DNA of 53,221 nt from Acidobacteriota bacterium (GCA_021819585.1 JAKAQS010000001.1:1-53221), one strand, 5' to 3'; shown: positions 37,352 through 50,533, counted from the stretch's first letter. Translations and numbers: made by a program. The notes: generated by a model not told the origin, from the letters alone.

Positions 37352-37394
37352 AAAGAGAGAAGGGAACGGAGACCGCGGGGTCGCCGTTCCCTTC
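37352..37394 (-). terminator. Probable intrinsic terminator downstream of gap
   Basis: Inverted repeat gaagggaacgg...ccgttcccttc (37359-37394) followed on the minus strand by tctcttt. Confidence 0.65.
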
Positions 37395-37415
37395 CTTCCA
37401 CTTTTGCGTCTGTCT

Positions 37416-38420
37416 TTACAGACCCTTCGATTTGAGAAACAGGATCAGATCCCGCACCCGGCACGAGTAGCCCCATTCGTTGTCATACCAGCTAATCACC
37501 TTGCCGGTATTGGCGATGACTTTGGTGAGCTTGCTATCCACGATGCTGGAGAGTGGATTGCCCCGGAAGTCGACGGAGACCAACTCTTCGTCGGTATAGC
37601 CGAGGATTCCCTTCATGGCTCCCTCGCTGGCCGCCTTGAAGGCTGCATTGACGGTCTTCGTGTCGATTGGCTTTTCGGTGACAAACGTCAGATCCACCAC
37701 CGAGACGTTGGGCGTCGGGACGCGAACCGCGAATCCATCCAGCTTGCCGTCCATCGCCGGAATCACCAGCTTGAGCGCCTTGGCTGCGCCGGTGGAGCTT
37801 GGAATCATGCTCATGCCGGCGGCTCGCGCCCGGCGTAGATCCTTGTGGGGTGCGTCCAGAACTACCTGATCGTTGGTGTAGCTGTGGATCGTGGTCATGA
37901 TGCCGGAGGCGATCCCAAAGTTGTCATGCACCACCTTGACCACGGGAGCCAGACAGTTGGTGGTGCAGCTCGCGTTGGAGATCACATGGTGCTTGGCCGG
38001 ATCGTACTTTTCGTCATTGACGCCCAACACCACGGTCAGATCCTCGTTCGAAGCCGGCGCCGAGATGATCACCTTCTTGACCGTGCTGCCCAGGTGCGCC
38101 TTGGCCTTGACGGCGTCGGTAAAGAAACCGGTGGACTCCACGACGATCTCCGCGCCGACCGAAGCCCAGTCCAGTTTGGCAGGGTCGCGCTCCGCAAACA
38201 CCTTCATGGCCTTGCCGTCGATCAGGATCGAGTCCTCGGTCGCAGAGATGGTGTTCTTCAGGTTGCCCAGAATCGAGTCGTGCTTCAGCAGATGCGCCAG
38301 CGCCGACGGTGTCGTCAGGTCATTGACTGCAACAAACTCAATGTCAGCATTGCCAAGTGCGCTGCGCAATACGTTCCGTCCAATGCGTCCGAAGCCATTG
38401 ATGCCTACTTTGACTGCCAT
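37416..38420 (-). CDS. gap: Type I glyceraldehyde-3-phosphate dehydrogenase
   Basis: GINGFGRIGR, ASCTTNCL, STGAAKA, RVPT, WYDNEWGY. Confidence 0.98.
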   Translation of the reverse strand: MAVKVGINGFGRIGRNVLRSALGNADIEFVAVNDLTTPSALAHLLKHDSILGNLKNTISATEDSILIDGKAMKVFAERDPAKLDWASVGAEIVVESTGFFTDAVKAKAHLGSTVKKVIISAPASNEDLTVVLGVNDEKYDPAKHHVISNASCTTNCLAPVVKVVHDNFGIASGIMTTIHSYTNDQVVLDAPHKDLRRARAAGMSMIPSSTGAAKALKLVIPAMDGKLDGFAVRVPTPNVSVVDLTFVTEKPIDTKTVNAAFKAASEGAMKGILGYTDEELVSVDFRGNPLSSIVDSKLTKVIANTGKVISWYDNEWGYSCRVRDLILFLKSKGL

Positions 38421-38580
38421 AATCCCTCATTTCTTCAGAGTTCTTCCCATTGATCAAACTAACAAAGCCCACCCGCAATCGCAAACTGGAGGGGCGAACA
38501 GCGCCCTGGCCCGTGCGCGAGAATTTTTCTTCTTTGCACTGTTTTTGCGGCAGGGGGGCGGCTTGTGTTACAAACCAGCT

Positions 38581-39450
38581 ATGCGCGAATGGTTGCGCGA
38601 CAAGCTCATGAGAAGACGTTCCAAGCGTGGCCCGAACGAGTCGGAGTCCACCGGCAAGATTGGTCAGGAACTTCCTGCAAACCAACCTGCACCCCTCCAG
38701 CCTTCCTATCCGGCGCCCTTGGCGCCTGTGCAGCCTGAACCGGCGGAGTCCACCGCAACGCCAGAGCCTCCTCCATCGCCACAGGCTGCCCCTTCCGTGG
38801 CGGAACCTTCCGAGCCACGTCTGATTCACGAACTTCAGCCGGACTCCCTGGCCACTCCGCCCGCCAGTCCGGAGGCGGTTCCTTCCCGGAGCCCCCGCGG
38901 CTATGTCGTGCTGACGATCGGCCTTCCGGGTTCGGGCAAGACCACCTGGTACAAGCGCCGCGGCGTGACGCCGCTTTCCAGCGACCTGCTGCGCAATCTT
39001 CTTTTCGATGACATCACCGAGCAGCGTTATCAGGGCCTGGTCTTCAGCACGTTGCGCAGCCTGCTTCGAGCCCGCCTGATCGCCAAGATGCCATGGAACT
39101 ACGTGGACGCTACCAATCTGAGCCCACATGAACGGCGCCAGTGGATCAAAATGGCGAAGTCCTTTGGCTATGAGGTGCATGCCGTCTTCTTTGACGTTCC
39201 CTTGGCCGTGTGTCTGGAGCGCAACTCGAAGCGTGATCGCCAGGTCACCGACGACGTCATGCACAAGATGGCCGAGCGGCTGCGTCCACCGGTCTTCAAA
39301 GAGGGCTTCGACAAGATCACCGTGGTTCGGGTGAAAGGCGCTTCTCCGTCCGCCAAAGCGGCCGCCGAACTGGAAGGCGCGGCGCCTGCGCAAGATTCCG
39401 TTCCTGGGACAAAGGCCGATGCTGCGTCAAGCCCCGCCGCCCAGGCCTGA
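38581..39450 (+). CDS. P-loop kinase (AAA_33 / polynucleotide-kinase-like) with Pro-rich N-terminus
   Basis: GLPGSGKTT Walker A, LSSD..R, VDATN, C..RN..R lid, EGF. Confidence 0.82.
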   Translation: MREWLRDKLMRRRSKRGPNESESTGKIGQELPANQPAPLQPSYPAPLAPVQPEPAESTATPEPPPSPQAAPSVAEPSEPRLIHELQPDSLATPPASPEAVPSRSPRGYVVLTIGLPGSGKTTWYKRRGVTPLSSDLLRNLLFDDITEQRYQGLVFSTLRSLLRARLIAKMPWNYVDATNLSPHERRQWIKMAKSFGYEVHAVFFDVPLAVCLERNSKRDRQVTDDVMHKMAERLRPPVFKEGFDKITVVRVKGASPSAKAAAELEGAAPAQDSVPGTKADAASSPAAQA

Positions 39451-39718
39451 GACTTTGTTGAAAGACAGCGTTTTGGCTCTGGGCCGGGAGTTGACTCTCC
39501 GTATTCGGTTAAAGTCAGAAGAATCAACGCGGCTGGATCTGGGGCGAGAGTCGCCTTGCCGGCGCCACGGCTGTCTTCGGATGGATCTGCGCCATTGACG
39601 CCACCGGCAATGGCGCGAAAGCAATCTCATTGACGCAGACCCAGATACCGCACGGGGAGACCGCTGGACTTTGCATTCCGCTTCATCTGGTTCATCATGG
39701 ATTGGAGCGAGGTCCCTG

Positions 39719-40252
39719 ATGCAAAAATCCGCCCTCCCCGAGCCTTGGCTGCGTGGCACCCACAACGACATCGATCCCATTCGCCGCGGCATCCTCCATG
39801 CCCTGGATCTCTGCGGCGAAGACGCCTCCCACTGGTGCAAGTCTTTGCGTGACGACCAGCTCCTCGATCGTCCCGCTGGTCTTCCGCCCATTGTCTTTCA
39901 TCTGCGCCACATCGTCCGCTCGCTGGACCGGCTGCTCACGTACGCGGAAGGTAAACAGCTCAGCGCGGCTCAACTGGAAGCACTCAAGAGCGAACTCGAT
40001 ACGAGTGGTCTGCACCCCAGCTCCATCTCCGAGGTCTTCGACGAGTTTCGCACCGGGCTGAGGAGAGCTGCCGACCGCATCCGCTCCATTGGTCCGGATC
40101 GCTTCCATGAATCGGTACACATTGGGAAGAAGCAACTGCCTGCCACCGTTGGCGGTTTGCTGGTCCACTGCGCGGACCACAGTCAGCGCCACATTGGCCA
40201 ACTCATCACCACGGTCAAGGTTCTGCAGTTTACGGTGCCGGACAGAGAATAG
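39719..40252 (+). CDS. DinB family protein
   Basis: PEPWLRG, FHLRHI, H..DH..RH.GQ histidine pattern. Confidence 0.85.
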   Translation: MQKSALPEPWLRGTHNDIDPIRRGILHALDLCGEDASHWCKSLRDDQLLDRPAGLPPIVFHLRHIVRSLDRLLTYAEGKQLSAAQLEALKSELDTSGLHPSSISEVFDEFRTGLRRAADRIRSIGPDRFHESVHIGKKQLPATVGGLLVHCADHSQRHIGQLITTVKVLQFTVPDRE

Positions 40253-40285
40253 AGACCGAAGAGCATGCACGGTGGAACTTCCGCT

Positions 40286-40318
40286 CCATCATGCATGCCC
40301 CATCATGCATGCCCCATC
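40286..40318. repeat. 14-bp tandem repeat (about 2.4 copies)
   Basis: ccatcatgcatgcc x2 plus ccatc, between convergent genes. Confidence 0.8.
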
Positions 40319-40412
40319 GTGAGACCTCTTGTCGCCCTTGAAGCAGCCTCGCACGCTCAGGCAACTTCTTGGCGCGTCTGCCGGAAAGCGCGGATCGGCC
40401 GGAAAGTTTGCT

Positions 40413-41018
40413 TTACCCCTCTGCCGGCCGTTCCCACTCGGTGAAGACAAACTCCCGCAGCGGCTTGCGTGTTCTTGGCGCCTTCTCCATCTCGCGGTAG
40501 ATCATGGGCAGTGCATCCGGATCGCCCGGATATCCCAGCGCCCAGGCGGCGCCGACCTCGAAATCCTCGGGGATCGCAAAGTTCTTGCGCGCTTTCTCCC
40601 TATCCACGCCTCCCATGCCGTGCGTCTGAAGGCCCAGCGCCGCGGCCTGCAGGCTCATGTTCGCCGACGCGGCTCCGGTATCGTGCAGGCACAACGGGTT
40701 GGGATAACCATTGGCGGAGAAGACCGTTTTGCTCGTCGACAGGATCAGCACCGGCGCGGTCTTGGCCCATACCTGGTTGAACTCCACCAGTGCATCCAGA
40801 ATCTTCTCGTAGGTCGTGTCGCCCCTTCGCCCCACCAGAAATCGCCAAGGCTGCTCGTTGTAGCTCGACGCGGCCCACCCTGCGGCGGTAAAGACCTTCG
40901 TCAGAACGGCGCTGGTGACCGGCTGATCGGAAAAGGAACGCGGACTCCAACGCTGGTGGATCACTTCGAGGATGCCATCTTCCATCTGCGCAGACTTCAC
41001 GTCTTCATCGATCGCCAT
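40413..41018 (-). CDS. Nitroreductase family protein
   Basis: RWSPRSF, WAASSYNEQPWRF, DTGAA, HGMGG; AGGAG RBS before ATG 41018. Confidence 0.92.
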   Translation of the reverse strand: MAIDEDVKSAQMEDGILEVIHQRWSPRSFSDQPVTSAVLTKVFTAAGWAASSYNEQPWRFLVGRRGDTTYEKILDALVEFNQVWAKTAPVLILSTSKTVFSANGYPNPLCLHDTGAASANMSLQAAALGLQTHGMGGVDREKARKNFAIPEDFEVGAAWALGYPGDPDALPMIYREMEKAPRTRKPLREFVFTEWERPAEG

Positions 41019-41121
41019 ATTTTCTCCTGCCTTTGGATTGGACGTTCCAATTGCGCCATGGTTGTATGGCAACGTCTTTGCTGGACCTCTGGGTGCGCAT
41101 CAGCAGGGCCTGCGCCTTCGA

Positions 41122-41739
41122 TTATCCGATCAGGTGTCCCATCTTGTTGCGCTTGGTCTCCAAATAGCGCTTGAACGTTGGTTCCGCGGGAATGGTGGCG
41201 GGAACGCGTTCGACCACTTGGATCCCCGCATCTTTCAGCGCTTGTACCTTCTCCGGATTGTTGGTGATCAACCGAACCGCGGTGATGTGCAAGGCTTTGA
41301 GAACCTGCGCCGGCAGTTCGAACTCGCGGTAATCGGCGCGAAAACCCAGCTTCAAGTTGGCCTCGATCGTATCCAGTCCCTGGTCCTGCAACTCGTAGGC
41401 TCGCAACTTCGCCATTAGCCCAATGCCCCGGCCTTCCTGCTCCTCATACAGCAGAACTCCCGCACCCTCCTTGGCAATCAGTCCCAACGCCATGTGAAGC
41501 TGATCGTGACAATCGCATCGCAGGGAGTGAAAGACATCGCCGGTCAGGCACTGGGAGTGGATTCTCACCAGTGGCGGCGCAGCCGAAAGATCCCCCATCG
41601 TCAACGCCACCAGACCATCCACATGCTTGAGCGAAGCGCTGCCGGGCTCGGCCACGCCTTCAAAACCTACGATGCGAAAGTGTCCCCATCGGGTGGGGAA
41701 GTCGGCGCCGGCAACTCTGCGTACCTTGCTATACGGCAT
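41122..41739 (-). CDS. ribA: GTP cyclohydrolase II
   Basis: VRIHSQCLTGDVF.SLRCDC, QEGRGIGL..K..AY, TNNP.K, YL.TK..KMGH. Confidence 0.96.
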   Translation of the reverse strand: MPYSKVRRVAGADFPTRWGHFRIVGFEGVAEPGSASLKHVDGLVALTMGDLSAAPPLVRIHSQCLTGDVFHSLRCDCHDQLHMALGLIAKEGAGVLLYEEQEGRGIGLMAKLRAYELQDQGLDTIEANLKLGFRADYREFELPAQVLKALHITAVRLITNNPEKVQALKDAGIQVVERVPATIPAEPTFKRYLETKRNKMGHLIG

Positions 41740-41841
41740 ACATCATTATAGATTCCCGAAATTTGCTCTGGATGCAGGGTATCGGGTTCCTCCTCAACCG
41801 CCTTCAGCCGGGAGCGGGTTTGCGCGAGTAAAGTTAAAGAT

Positions 41842-44695
<2,854 letters not shown>

Positions 44696-44732
44696 ATCGG
44701 CCCCGACAACAGGCGCGCAGCAAGGCAGATTC

Positions 44733-44765
44733 GCGTGGCTCTTTCCTTGGTGGAAAGAGCCACGC
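44733..44765 (+). terminator. Perfect 14-bp hairpin after eno (terminator or mRNA-stability element)
   Basis: gcgtggctctttcc-ttggt-ggaaagagccacgc; weak U-tail. Confidence 0.6.
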
Positions 44766-44860
44766 TTCACGGCGCTTAGCAGCGCTTCACAAGATCCTGC
44801 ACCCCTCCCTGTGCGATCCTTCCCACTCTCTGCTCAACCAAGCCAAGGAGGCTGGCCTTT

Positions 44861-46489
44861 ATGAGAACAACGCCACCTGTGATTCTCACTATTCTCGACG
44901 GCTGGGGTTACCGCGCCGAAACCCGCGGCAACGCCATCGCTCTGGCGCGCAAGCCAAACTATGACAAGTTGCTGCGCGAGTATCCCAACACGCTCATCCA
45001 GGCCAGCAACCACTACGTCGGCCTTCCTGATGGACAGATGGGCAACAGCGAGGTTGGGCATCTCAACATTGGCGCGGGCCGGATCGTGCGCATGGACATC
45101 ACGCGCATCGATATGGCCATCGACTCAGGCGAGTTCTTCTCCGACCCGACGCTGCTGGCGGCGATCAGGGTTGCCGAGCAGGGCCATGCTCTGCACCTCA
45201 TCGGGCTGGTCTCGGACGGCGGCGTCCACTCCCAACAGCGTCATCTGAATGCGCTGCTGCGCCTGGCCGCGCGGCACAATCTCAAACGAGTGTATGTTCA
45301 TGCCTTTCTCGACGGCCGCGATACGCTGCCCACCAGCGGCGCCGGTTACCTCCAGGAACTGGAGCAGAAGTTCACCGAGTATGGCGTCGGCCAACTGGCC
45401 AGCGTCAGTGGCCGCTACTACGCCATGGACCGCGACTTCCGCTGGGAGAAGATTGCCAAGGCCTTTCGCGCCATGGTCACGGGTGATCCTGCCGGCGGCA
45501 AGTACCGCGACCCTGTCAGCCGCGTCAAGGAAAGTTACAACAACGGAGTCACCGATGAGTTCGTCGAACCGTTCGTCTGTGTCGACTCCAACGAGCATCC
45601 CATCGGCCTGATCGCAGAGGGCGATGCGGTGATCTGTTTCAACTTTCGCGCCGATCGCGCCCGCCAGATCACCCGGGCTCTCACTCGCCGCAGCGGCCTC
45701 ACCGCTGACGCCGGCCTTGGCCTTCCCCGGGCTACGGAGCTCAACGAAGAGATTCCGTTGCACAGCGTCCCTGCCAACCTGCACTACGTCATGATGACGC
45801 AGTATGATCCCAAGTTCACCCTACCCATGGTGATTCCGCCCGAGAGCATGGACAACATCCTGGCCAATGTGATGGCCACGGCCAATCTGCGCAATCTGCG
45901 CGTTGCAGAGACGGAGAAGTACGCCCACGTCACGTACTTCTTCAACGGCGGCATCGAAAAGCCCTTTCCCGGAGAGGACCGGGAGCTGATTCCTTCCAAA
46001 AAGGTCGCCACCTATGACCTGGCTCCGGAGATGTCGGCCGAAGGCATCGCGGACGTGGTCGTCAAATCGATCAACGACACGGCCTTCGACGTGATCATCG
46101 TGAACTTCGCCAATGCGGATATGGTGGGTCACTCAGGCAAGATCGAGCCCACAGTCAAGGCGGTGGAGGCCATAGACGTCCAACTCGGGCGGATCTACAA
46201 GGCCATTCAGCATCACAACGCCAACTGGATCATCTCCGCCGATCATGGCAACGCCGAGCTGCTGATCGACCCGGTCACGGGTGGCCCGCACACCGCCCAC
46301 ACCACCAACCCCGTGCCCTTCATCCTGGTCACCGACCAGGGCAAGAACTTTGGCCTTCGCTCGGGCGGCTCGCTGCGTGATATCTCACCCACCATCCTTG
46401 GACTGCTCAAGCTGGATCTGCCCAGGCAGATGACCGGAGGCGACCTGCGTGTTCCTCTGGTGGAGACCGCCGAGGCAGCGAAAACATAG
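44861..46489 (+). CDS. gpmI: 2,3-bisphosphoglycerate-independent phosphoglycerate mutase
   Basis: [48 protein letters not shown]. Confidence 0.97.
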   Translation: MRTTPPVILTILDGWGYRAETRGNAIALARKPNYDKLLREYPNTLIQASNHYVGLPDGQMGNSEVGHLNIGAGRIVRMDITRIDMAIDSGEFFSDPTLLAAIRVAEQGHALHLIGLVSDGGVHSQQRHLNALLRLAARHNLKRVYVHAFLDGRDTLPTSGAGYLQELEQKFTEYGVGQLASVSGRYYAMDRDFRWEKIAKAFRAMVTGDPAGGKYRDPVSRVKESYNNGVTDEFVEPFVCVDSNEHPIGLIAEGDAVICFNFRADRARQITRALTRRSGLTADAGLGLPRATELNEEIPLHSVPANLHYVMMTQYDPKFTLPMVIPPESMDNILANVMATANLRNLRVAETEKYAHVTYFFNGGIEKPFPGEDRELIPSKKVATYDLAPEMSAEGIADVVVKSINDTAFDVIIVNFANADMVGHSGKIEPTVKAVEAIDVQLGRIYKAIQHHNANWIISADHGNAELLIDPVTGGPHTAHTTNPVPFILVTDQGKNFGLRSGGSLRDISPTILGLLKLDLPRQMTGGDLRVPLVETAEAAKT

Positions 46490-46494
46490 CCCAG

Positions 46495-46560
46495 CTCTCC
46501 AGCAGGCTCACCTGCTGGGGAGTCCAACGGGGGAGGCGCCCATGGAGCTTCCGCTGTTGG
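46495..46560. terminator. Tandem hairpins between convergent gpmI and YdcF-like genes
   Basis: ctctccagcagg-ctca-cctgctggggag (46495-46522) plus a second imperfect stem ccaacgg...ctgttgg. Confidence 0.5.
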
Positions 46561-46583
46561 GTTACGTCCGCGCTGAAGTGACT

Positions 46584-47303
46584 CTATCCTGCCGGCGCTC
46601 GTCCGTGCAGCCATAGGCGCAGCCGGCTCACATTCAGGTCCATCCGCTCGAACGTGTAGCTCAGCATCTCGTGGGCAATCCGTTTGGCCGCATCCACTTT
46701 GTCGATATGTCCCAACGGCTCGCGCGGACAGGTGTAGACGCTCAATCCCGCCCGCCGGCATAGTAGCGCGATTCGAAACAGGTGCGTTCCATCGCTGACG
46801 ACGATCAGGTGGCGAAGGTGACGCTCGGCCGCAATTCTGGCCAGGCCGGCTACCTGTTGCTCGGTATCGAAGGACTTGGTCTCGGCGATGATCTGGCCGT
46901 ACGGCACGCCGTTGGCCAGCAGGTAATCGCGTCCCACGCCGCCCTCGGTCTCTCCGGAGTCCTTTTCGAAACCACCCCCCAGCGTGATGACCAGCGGCGC
47001 CATCCCCTCGTCGAACAGGGAGGCCGCTTTGTCCAACCGGGCGCGCAGCACTGGCGAGGGTCTTCCCACGTACTCCGCCGCGCCAAACACGGCAATGGCG
47101 TCCGCCGGCCGTGCGTTGTCCTGTTCAGCGGTCGCGAGGATCTGGCGATACACCCAGGTGAACCATCCCATGACAGCCAGCAGCAAGGCAACCAGCGCCC
47201 AACGCAGCCAGTGGACTCCTGCCTCTCTCCGCATCGGAGGGCGCTTCCCAACCGCCATGTCCGCTTTTCCTTGGTTCCCCGGTTTGGCTGCTACGGTATC
47301 CAT
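46584..47303 (-). CDS. YdcF/DUF218 family membrane protein
   Basis: TM segment, AIAVFGA, L.ARL..A, LGG, E..S.DT, VSD..H..R. Confidence 0.88.
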   Translation of the reverse strand: MDTVAAKPGNQGKADMAVGKRPPMRREAGVHWLRWALVALLLAVMGWFTWVYRQILATAEQDNARPADAIAVFGAAEYVGRPSPVLRARLDKAASLFDEGMAPLVITLGGGFEKDSGETEGGVGRDYLLANGVPYGQIIAETKSFDTEQQVAGLARIAAERHLRHLIVVSDGTHLFRIALLCRRAGLSVYTCPREPLGHIDKVDAAKRIAHEMLSYTFERMDLNVSRLRLWLHGRAPAG

Positions 47304-47402
47304 GATTTGCGCAACCAGTCTTCAGTATGCCGCGATCGGTTGCGCGAAATCCAGTTTGCCGGGCAGAGCTTGCGCCCACCTTACAACCATTTTGGTCTAG
47401 CG

Positions 47403-48047
47403 TTAATGCTGCAGGGCGAGCGCTACCTCATAGGTCGGAATGGCGCCCTCGCGCAGGATCGTCCAGGAATTTCCGCCCCCGCTCAGATCCACGATGGTTG
47501 TAGCCACCGCCCTTGCGGTCGGCCCGCCATCCACAATGATGGGGATCTTGTCGCCAAACTGCTCCCGTACGCAGGCGGCGTAGGTACACTCGGCGCGGCC
47601 GCTCAGATTCGCCGAAGTCGCCGTGATGGGCAGCCCCAGAGATTGCACCACGTTCCTGCAGATCTGCGCCTCCGGAACCCGCAGGGCTACATTGCCCGTA
47701 TTTGCCGTGACGCGCAATGGCAGTTTGCTTCCCGCCTTCACCACAATCGTCAGTGGGCCGGGCCAGAACCTCTCCGCCAGCCTGTCGAAGGTCGTATCGA
47801 TCTCTCGCGCCAGTTCGTACGCCTGGGCCACGTCAGAGATTAACAAGGAGAGAGGCTTGTGCTTGGCCCGCGTCTTCAGCTCATAGATGCGCTCGACAGC
47901 GCGCAGATTCACCGGGTCGACCGCCAATCCGTAAAATGTATCTGTGGGCAAAGCCACCACATCGCCGCGTTGCAGTGAAGCGACAACCTGGGAGACCAGG
48001 CGTGGTTCCGGTTCGTCTGGATGAATGCGGAGCATCTCAGCCTTCAA
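47403..48047 (-). CDS. tsaC: L-threonylcarbamoyladenylate synthase (YrdC/TsaC)
   Basis: PTDTFYGL, K.R..KPL, WPGPLT, TSAN.SG; TTG 48047 has a GGGGA RBS (ATG 48035 alternative). Confidence 0.92.
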   Translation of the reverse strand: MKAEMLRIHPDEPEPRLVSQVVASLQRGDVVALPTDTFYGLAVDPVNLRAVERIYELKTRAKHKPLSLLISDVAQAYELAREIDTTFDRLAERFWPGPLTIVVKAGSKLPLRVTANTGNVALRVPEAQICRNVVQSLGLPITATSANLSGRAECTYAACVREQFGDKIPIIVDGGPTARAVATTIVDLSGGGNSWTILREGAIPTYEVALALQH

Positions 48048-48204
48048 GATAATCTTCCCCAGCAATGACTTTATCCCATATGCCTCCTGCAAAGCGAAGT
48101 CTCTGTTCGCACAGCTTCCCTCCAATCAGCGCTTACACTGGATCTCGGCGATATCCGAACAGCCATAGCGTGTAGGGGGCTTGATTCCGAATCCATCTCT
48201 TGCC

Positions 48205-49023
48205 ATGCCCGAACCTTTGTTCATCACCAGCAAGTCCAACGCCCGCGTCAAAGCTCTCCGCTCCTCCTTCAGCGGAAAGGCGGCGGAGACAGGAGATCGG
48301 CTCGGCCTGGAAGGAGAGCATCTCATCGTGGAGGCGATTCGCTCCGGCCTGCCGATCGAAGCTCTCTTTGTGCGCGAAGGCAGCCAGAGCGTGCTCGATC
48401 GCCCGGCGCTGGCCGCAGCTTCGGCGTGCGACCGTTTCACGCTAAGCCGCGAGGCGTTCGCCAGCGCTGTCGAGACCACTTCGCCGCAGGGAATCGCCGC
48501 CACCGTCCGCATCCCCTCGCTGCCGCTCACCCGGCTGGCGCCGGAGGCAGTCGTTCTGATTCTGGAGGCCCTGCAGGATCCCGGCAACCTGGGCACGCTA
48601 TTGCGCAGCGCCGAGGCCTTTGGGGTGCAACAGGTCTACCTGACTCCCGAGACCGTCAATCCGTGGAACCCCAAGGCCGTCCGGGCTTCGGCCGGTTCGG
48701 TCTTTCGCATGCCCGTGGGCCGCGCTTCGCTGACGCAGATCGGCGAACGGTTGCAAGGGCAGGGAACCAGGCTCTATGCCGCCGTGGCTCAACCGCTCGG
48801 CGCGGACTCCCTGCTGGAGACCGTCTTTGCCCCGCGAACGGCTCTGCTGATCGGCAATGAGGGAGCCGGCCTCTCCGCCCAGGCGCTCCGGCTGGCGCAT
48901 CATAGAGTATGCATTCCCGTTGCGGTTGAGTCTCTCAATGCCGCGGTAGCCGGTTCCACGCTGCTGTATGAAGCGATGCGTCAACGCGCGCACGCTTGCA
49001 GCCCTCCGCACAGAACTCCATGA
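48205..49023 (+). CDS. TrmH/SpoU-family RNA methyltransferase
   Basis: QDPGNLGT..RSA.AFG, RASAG, GNEG.G, ESLN.AVA. Confidence 0.92.
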   Translation: MPEPLFITSKSNARVKALRSSFSGKAAETGDRLGLEGEHLIVEAIRSGLPIEALFVREGSQSVLDRPALAAASACDRFTLSREAFASAVETTSPQGIAATVRIPSLPLTRLAPEAVVLILEALQDPGNLGTLLRSAEAFGVQQVYLTPETVNPWNPKAVRASAGSVFRMPVGRASLTQIGERLQGQGTRLYAAVAQPLGADSLLETVFAPRTALLIGNEGAGLSAQALRLAHHRVCIPVAVESLNAAVAGSTLLYEAMRQRAHACSPPHRTP

Positions 49024-50390
49024 GCCTTTTCACCCCCAACCCGGATCCGACCCGCCCTGCCGCGCACGCCCTCCCGCTGGCTGAACGCATGCGGCCGCGG
49101 TCGCTCGACGAGTTCTTCGGCCAGTCGCATCTGCTGGCTCCGGGAAGGCCGCTGCGCTTGCAGATCGAGTCCGATGACGCCTCTTCGCTGATCTTCTGGG
49201 GTCCGCCGGGGTCGGGCAAGACCTCGCTGGCCAAGATCATCGCTCTTCGCACGTCTGCTACCTTCATCGAGTTCTCCGCAGTTCTGTCCGGCATCAAGGA
49301 GATCAAGCAGGTGATGGCGGATGCGGAGAAGGCCGCTTCGTTCGGATCCCGCACCATCCTGTTCATCGACGAGATTCATCGCTTCAACAAAGCTCAGCAG
49401 GATGCCTTTCTCTCCTACGTAGAGCGCGGCAGTATCCGCCTTATCGGCGCCACCACCGAAAATCCCAGTTTTGAGATCAACGCGGCGCTGCTCTCCCGCT
49501 GCCGTGTCTACACCCTGCGTGCCTTGGAGCAGCCCGAAATCCTTGCCCTGCTGCGGCGCGCCATGGCGGATGGCAGCGGCAAATCTCCGCAAGACACGAG
49601 AGGGCTGGGCAACCTTCCCCTCAGCGCGGAGACGCAAGCTCTGGAGGCCATCGCCAGCTACTCCAGCGGCGACGCGCGCTATGCCCTCAACGCCCTGGAG
49701 GTCGCCGCCAAGCTGGTCCAGGAACGGGGTGAGACGGTCCTCACCCTGGAAATCGCATCCGATGCTCTGCAGCAGCGCGTTCTGCTGTACGACAAGAGCG
49801 GCGAACAGCACTACGACATCATCTCCGCGCTGCACAAATCGGTCCGCAACTCGGATGCCGATGCCGCGCTCTACTGGCTGGGCCGCATGCTGGCCGCCGG
49901 CGAAGACGCCATGTACATCGCCCGCCGCATCGTCCGCATGGCGGTGGAAGACATCGGCCTGGCGGCGCCCGAGGCGCTCAACCTCTGCCTGTCAGCTCGC
50001 GACGCCATGCACTTTCTGGGTTCTCCGGAGGGCGAGCTGGCGCTAGCCCAGGCCGTTGTCTATCTGGCGCTTGCTCCCAAATCCAACGCAGTCTACAGGG
50101 CCTATGGCGAAGTCCGCGCCGAGATTGAAGCCAGCCCTGCCGAACCCGTGCCCCTGCACCTGCGCAACGCTCCCACCCGCTTGATGAAGCAGTTGGACTA
50201 CGGCAAAGGCTACCAGTACGCCCACGATGTCGAAGGCAAGGTAGCCGCGATGCCGTGCTTGCCCGAGGGGCTTCTCAACCGCCGCTTCTATCACCCCACC
50301 GACGAAGGCCGCGAAAAGCTTCTCGCCCAGCGCATGGCCGAGATCGCCCGCCTGCGTGAGCGCGAGTCCGGATCCGGCTCTGGATCGTGA
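49020..50390 (+). CDS. rarA: Replication-associated recombination protein A
   Basis: PLAERMRP, WGPPGSGKT, DEIHRFNKAQQD, ATTENPSF, ISALHKS.R.SD, VPLHLRNA; ATGA overlap with upstream gene. Confidence 0.95.
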   Translation: MSLFTPNPDPTRPAAHALPLAERMRPRSLDEFFGQSHLLAPGRPLRLQIESDDASSLIFWGPPGSGKTSLAKIIALRTSATFIEFSAVLSGIKEIKQVMADAEKAASFGSRTILFIDEIHRFNKAQQDAFLSYVERGSIRLIGATTENPSFEINAALLSRCRVYTLRALEQPEILALLRRAMADGSGKSPQDTRGLGNLPLSAETQALEAIASYSSGDARYALNALEVAAKLVQERGETVLTLEIASDALQQRVLLYDKSGEQHYDIISALHKSVRNSDADAALYWLGRMLAAGEDAMYIARRIVRMAVEDIGLAAPEALNLCLSARDAMHFLGSPEGELALAQAVVYLALAPKSNAVYRAYGEVRAEIEASPAEPVPLHLRNAPTRLMKQLDYGKGYQYAHDVEGKVAAMPCLPEGLLNRRFYHPTDEGREKLLAQRMAEIARLRERESGSGSGS

Positions 50391-50533
50391 ACGAGCATCT
50401 CCCGCCCGCCGAGCGTATGCGCGGTCCGAGCGTAAGTTGTCTCCCGCAAGCGGTTCCCGCTGATCGGACGGGATCGGGACCGCAGACTTTGTTTCCGCTC
50501 CTGCCCGCAGGGTAGGAGCTTCACACCGTTGAC

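Noticed and set aside
37891-38580. 230-aa N-terminal extension of the AAA_33 ORF
   Set aside because: Antisense to gap; real start most likely ATG 38581.
41740-41841. FMN riboswitch upstream of ribA
   Set aside because: Spacer is ~100 bp and lacks RFN consensus motifs.
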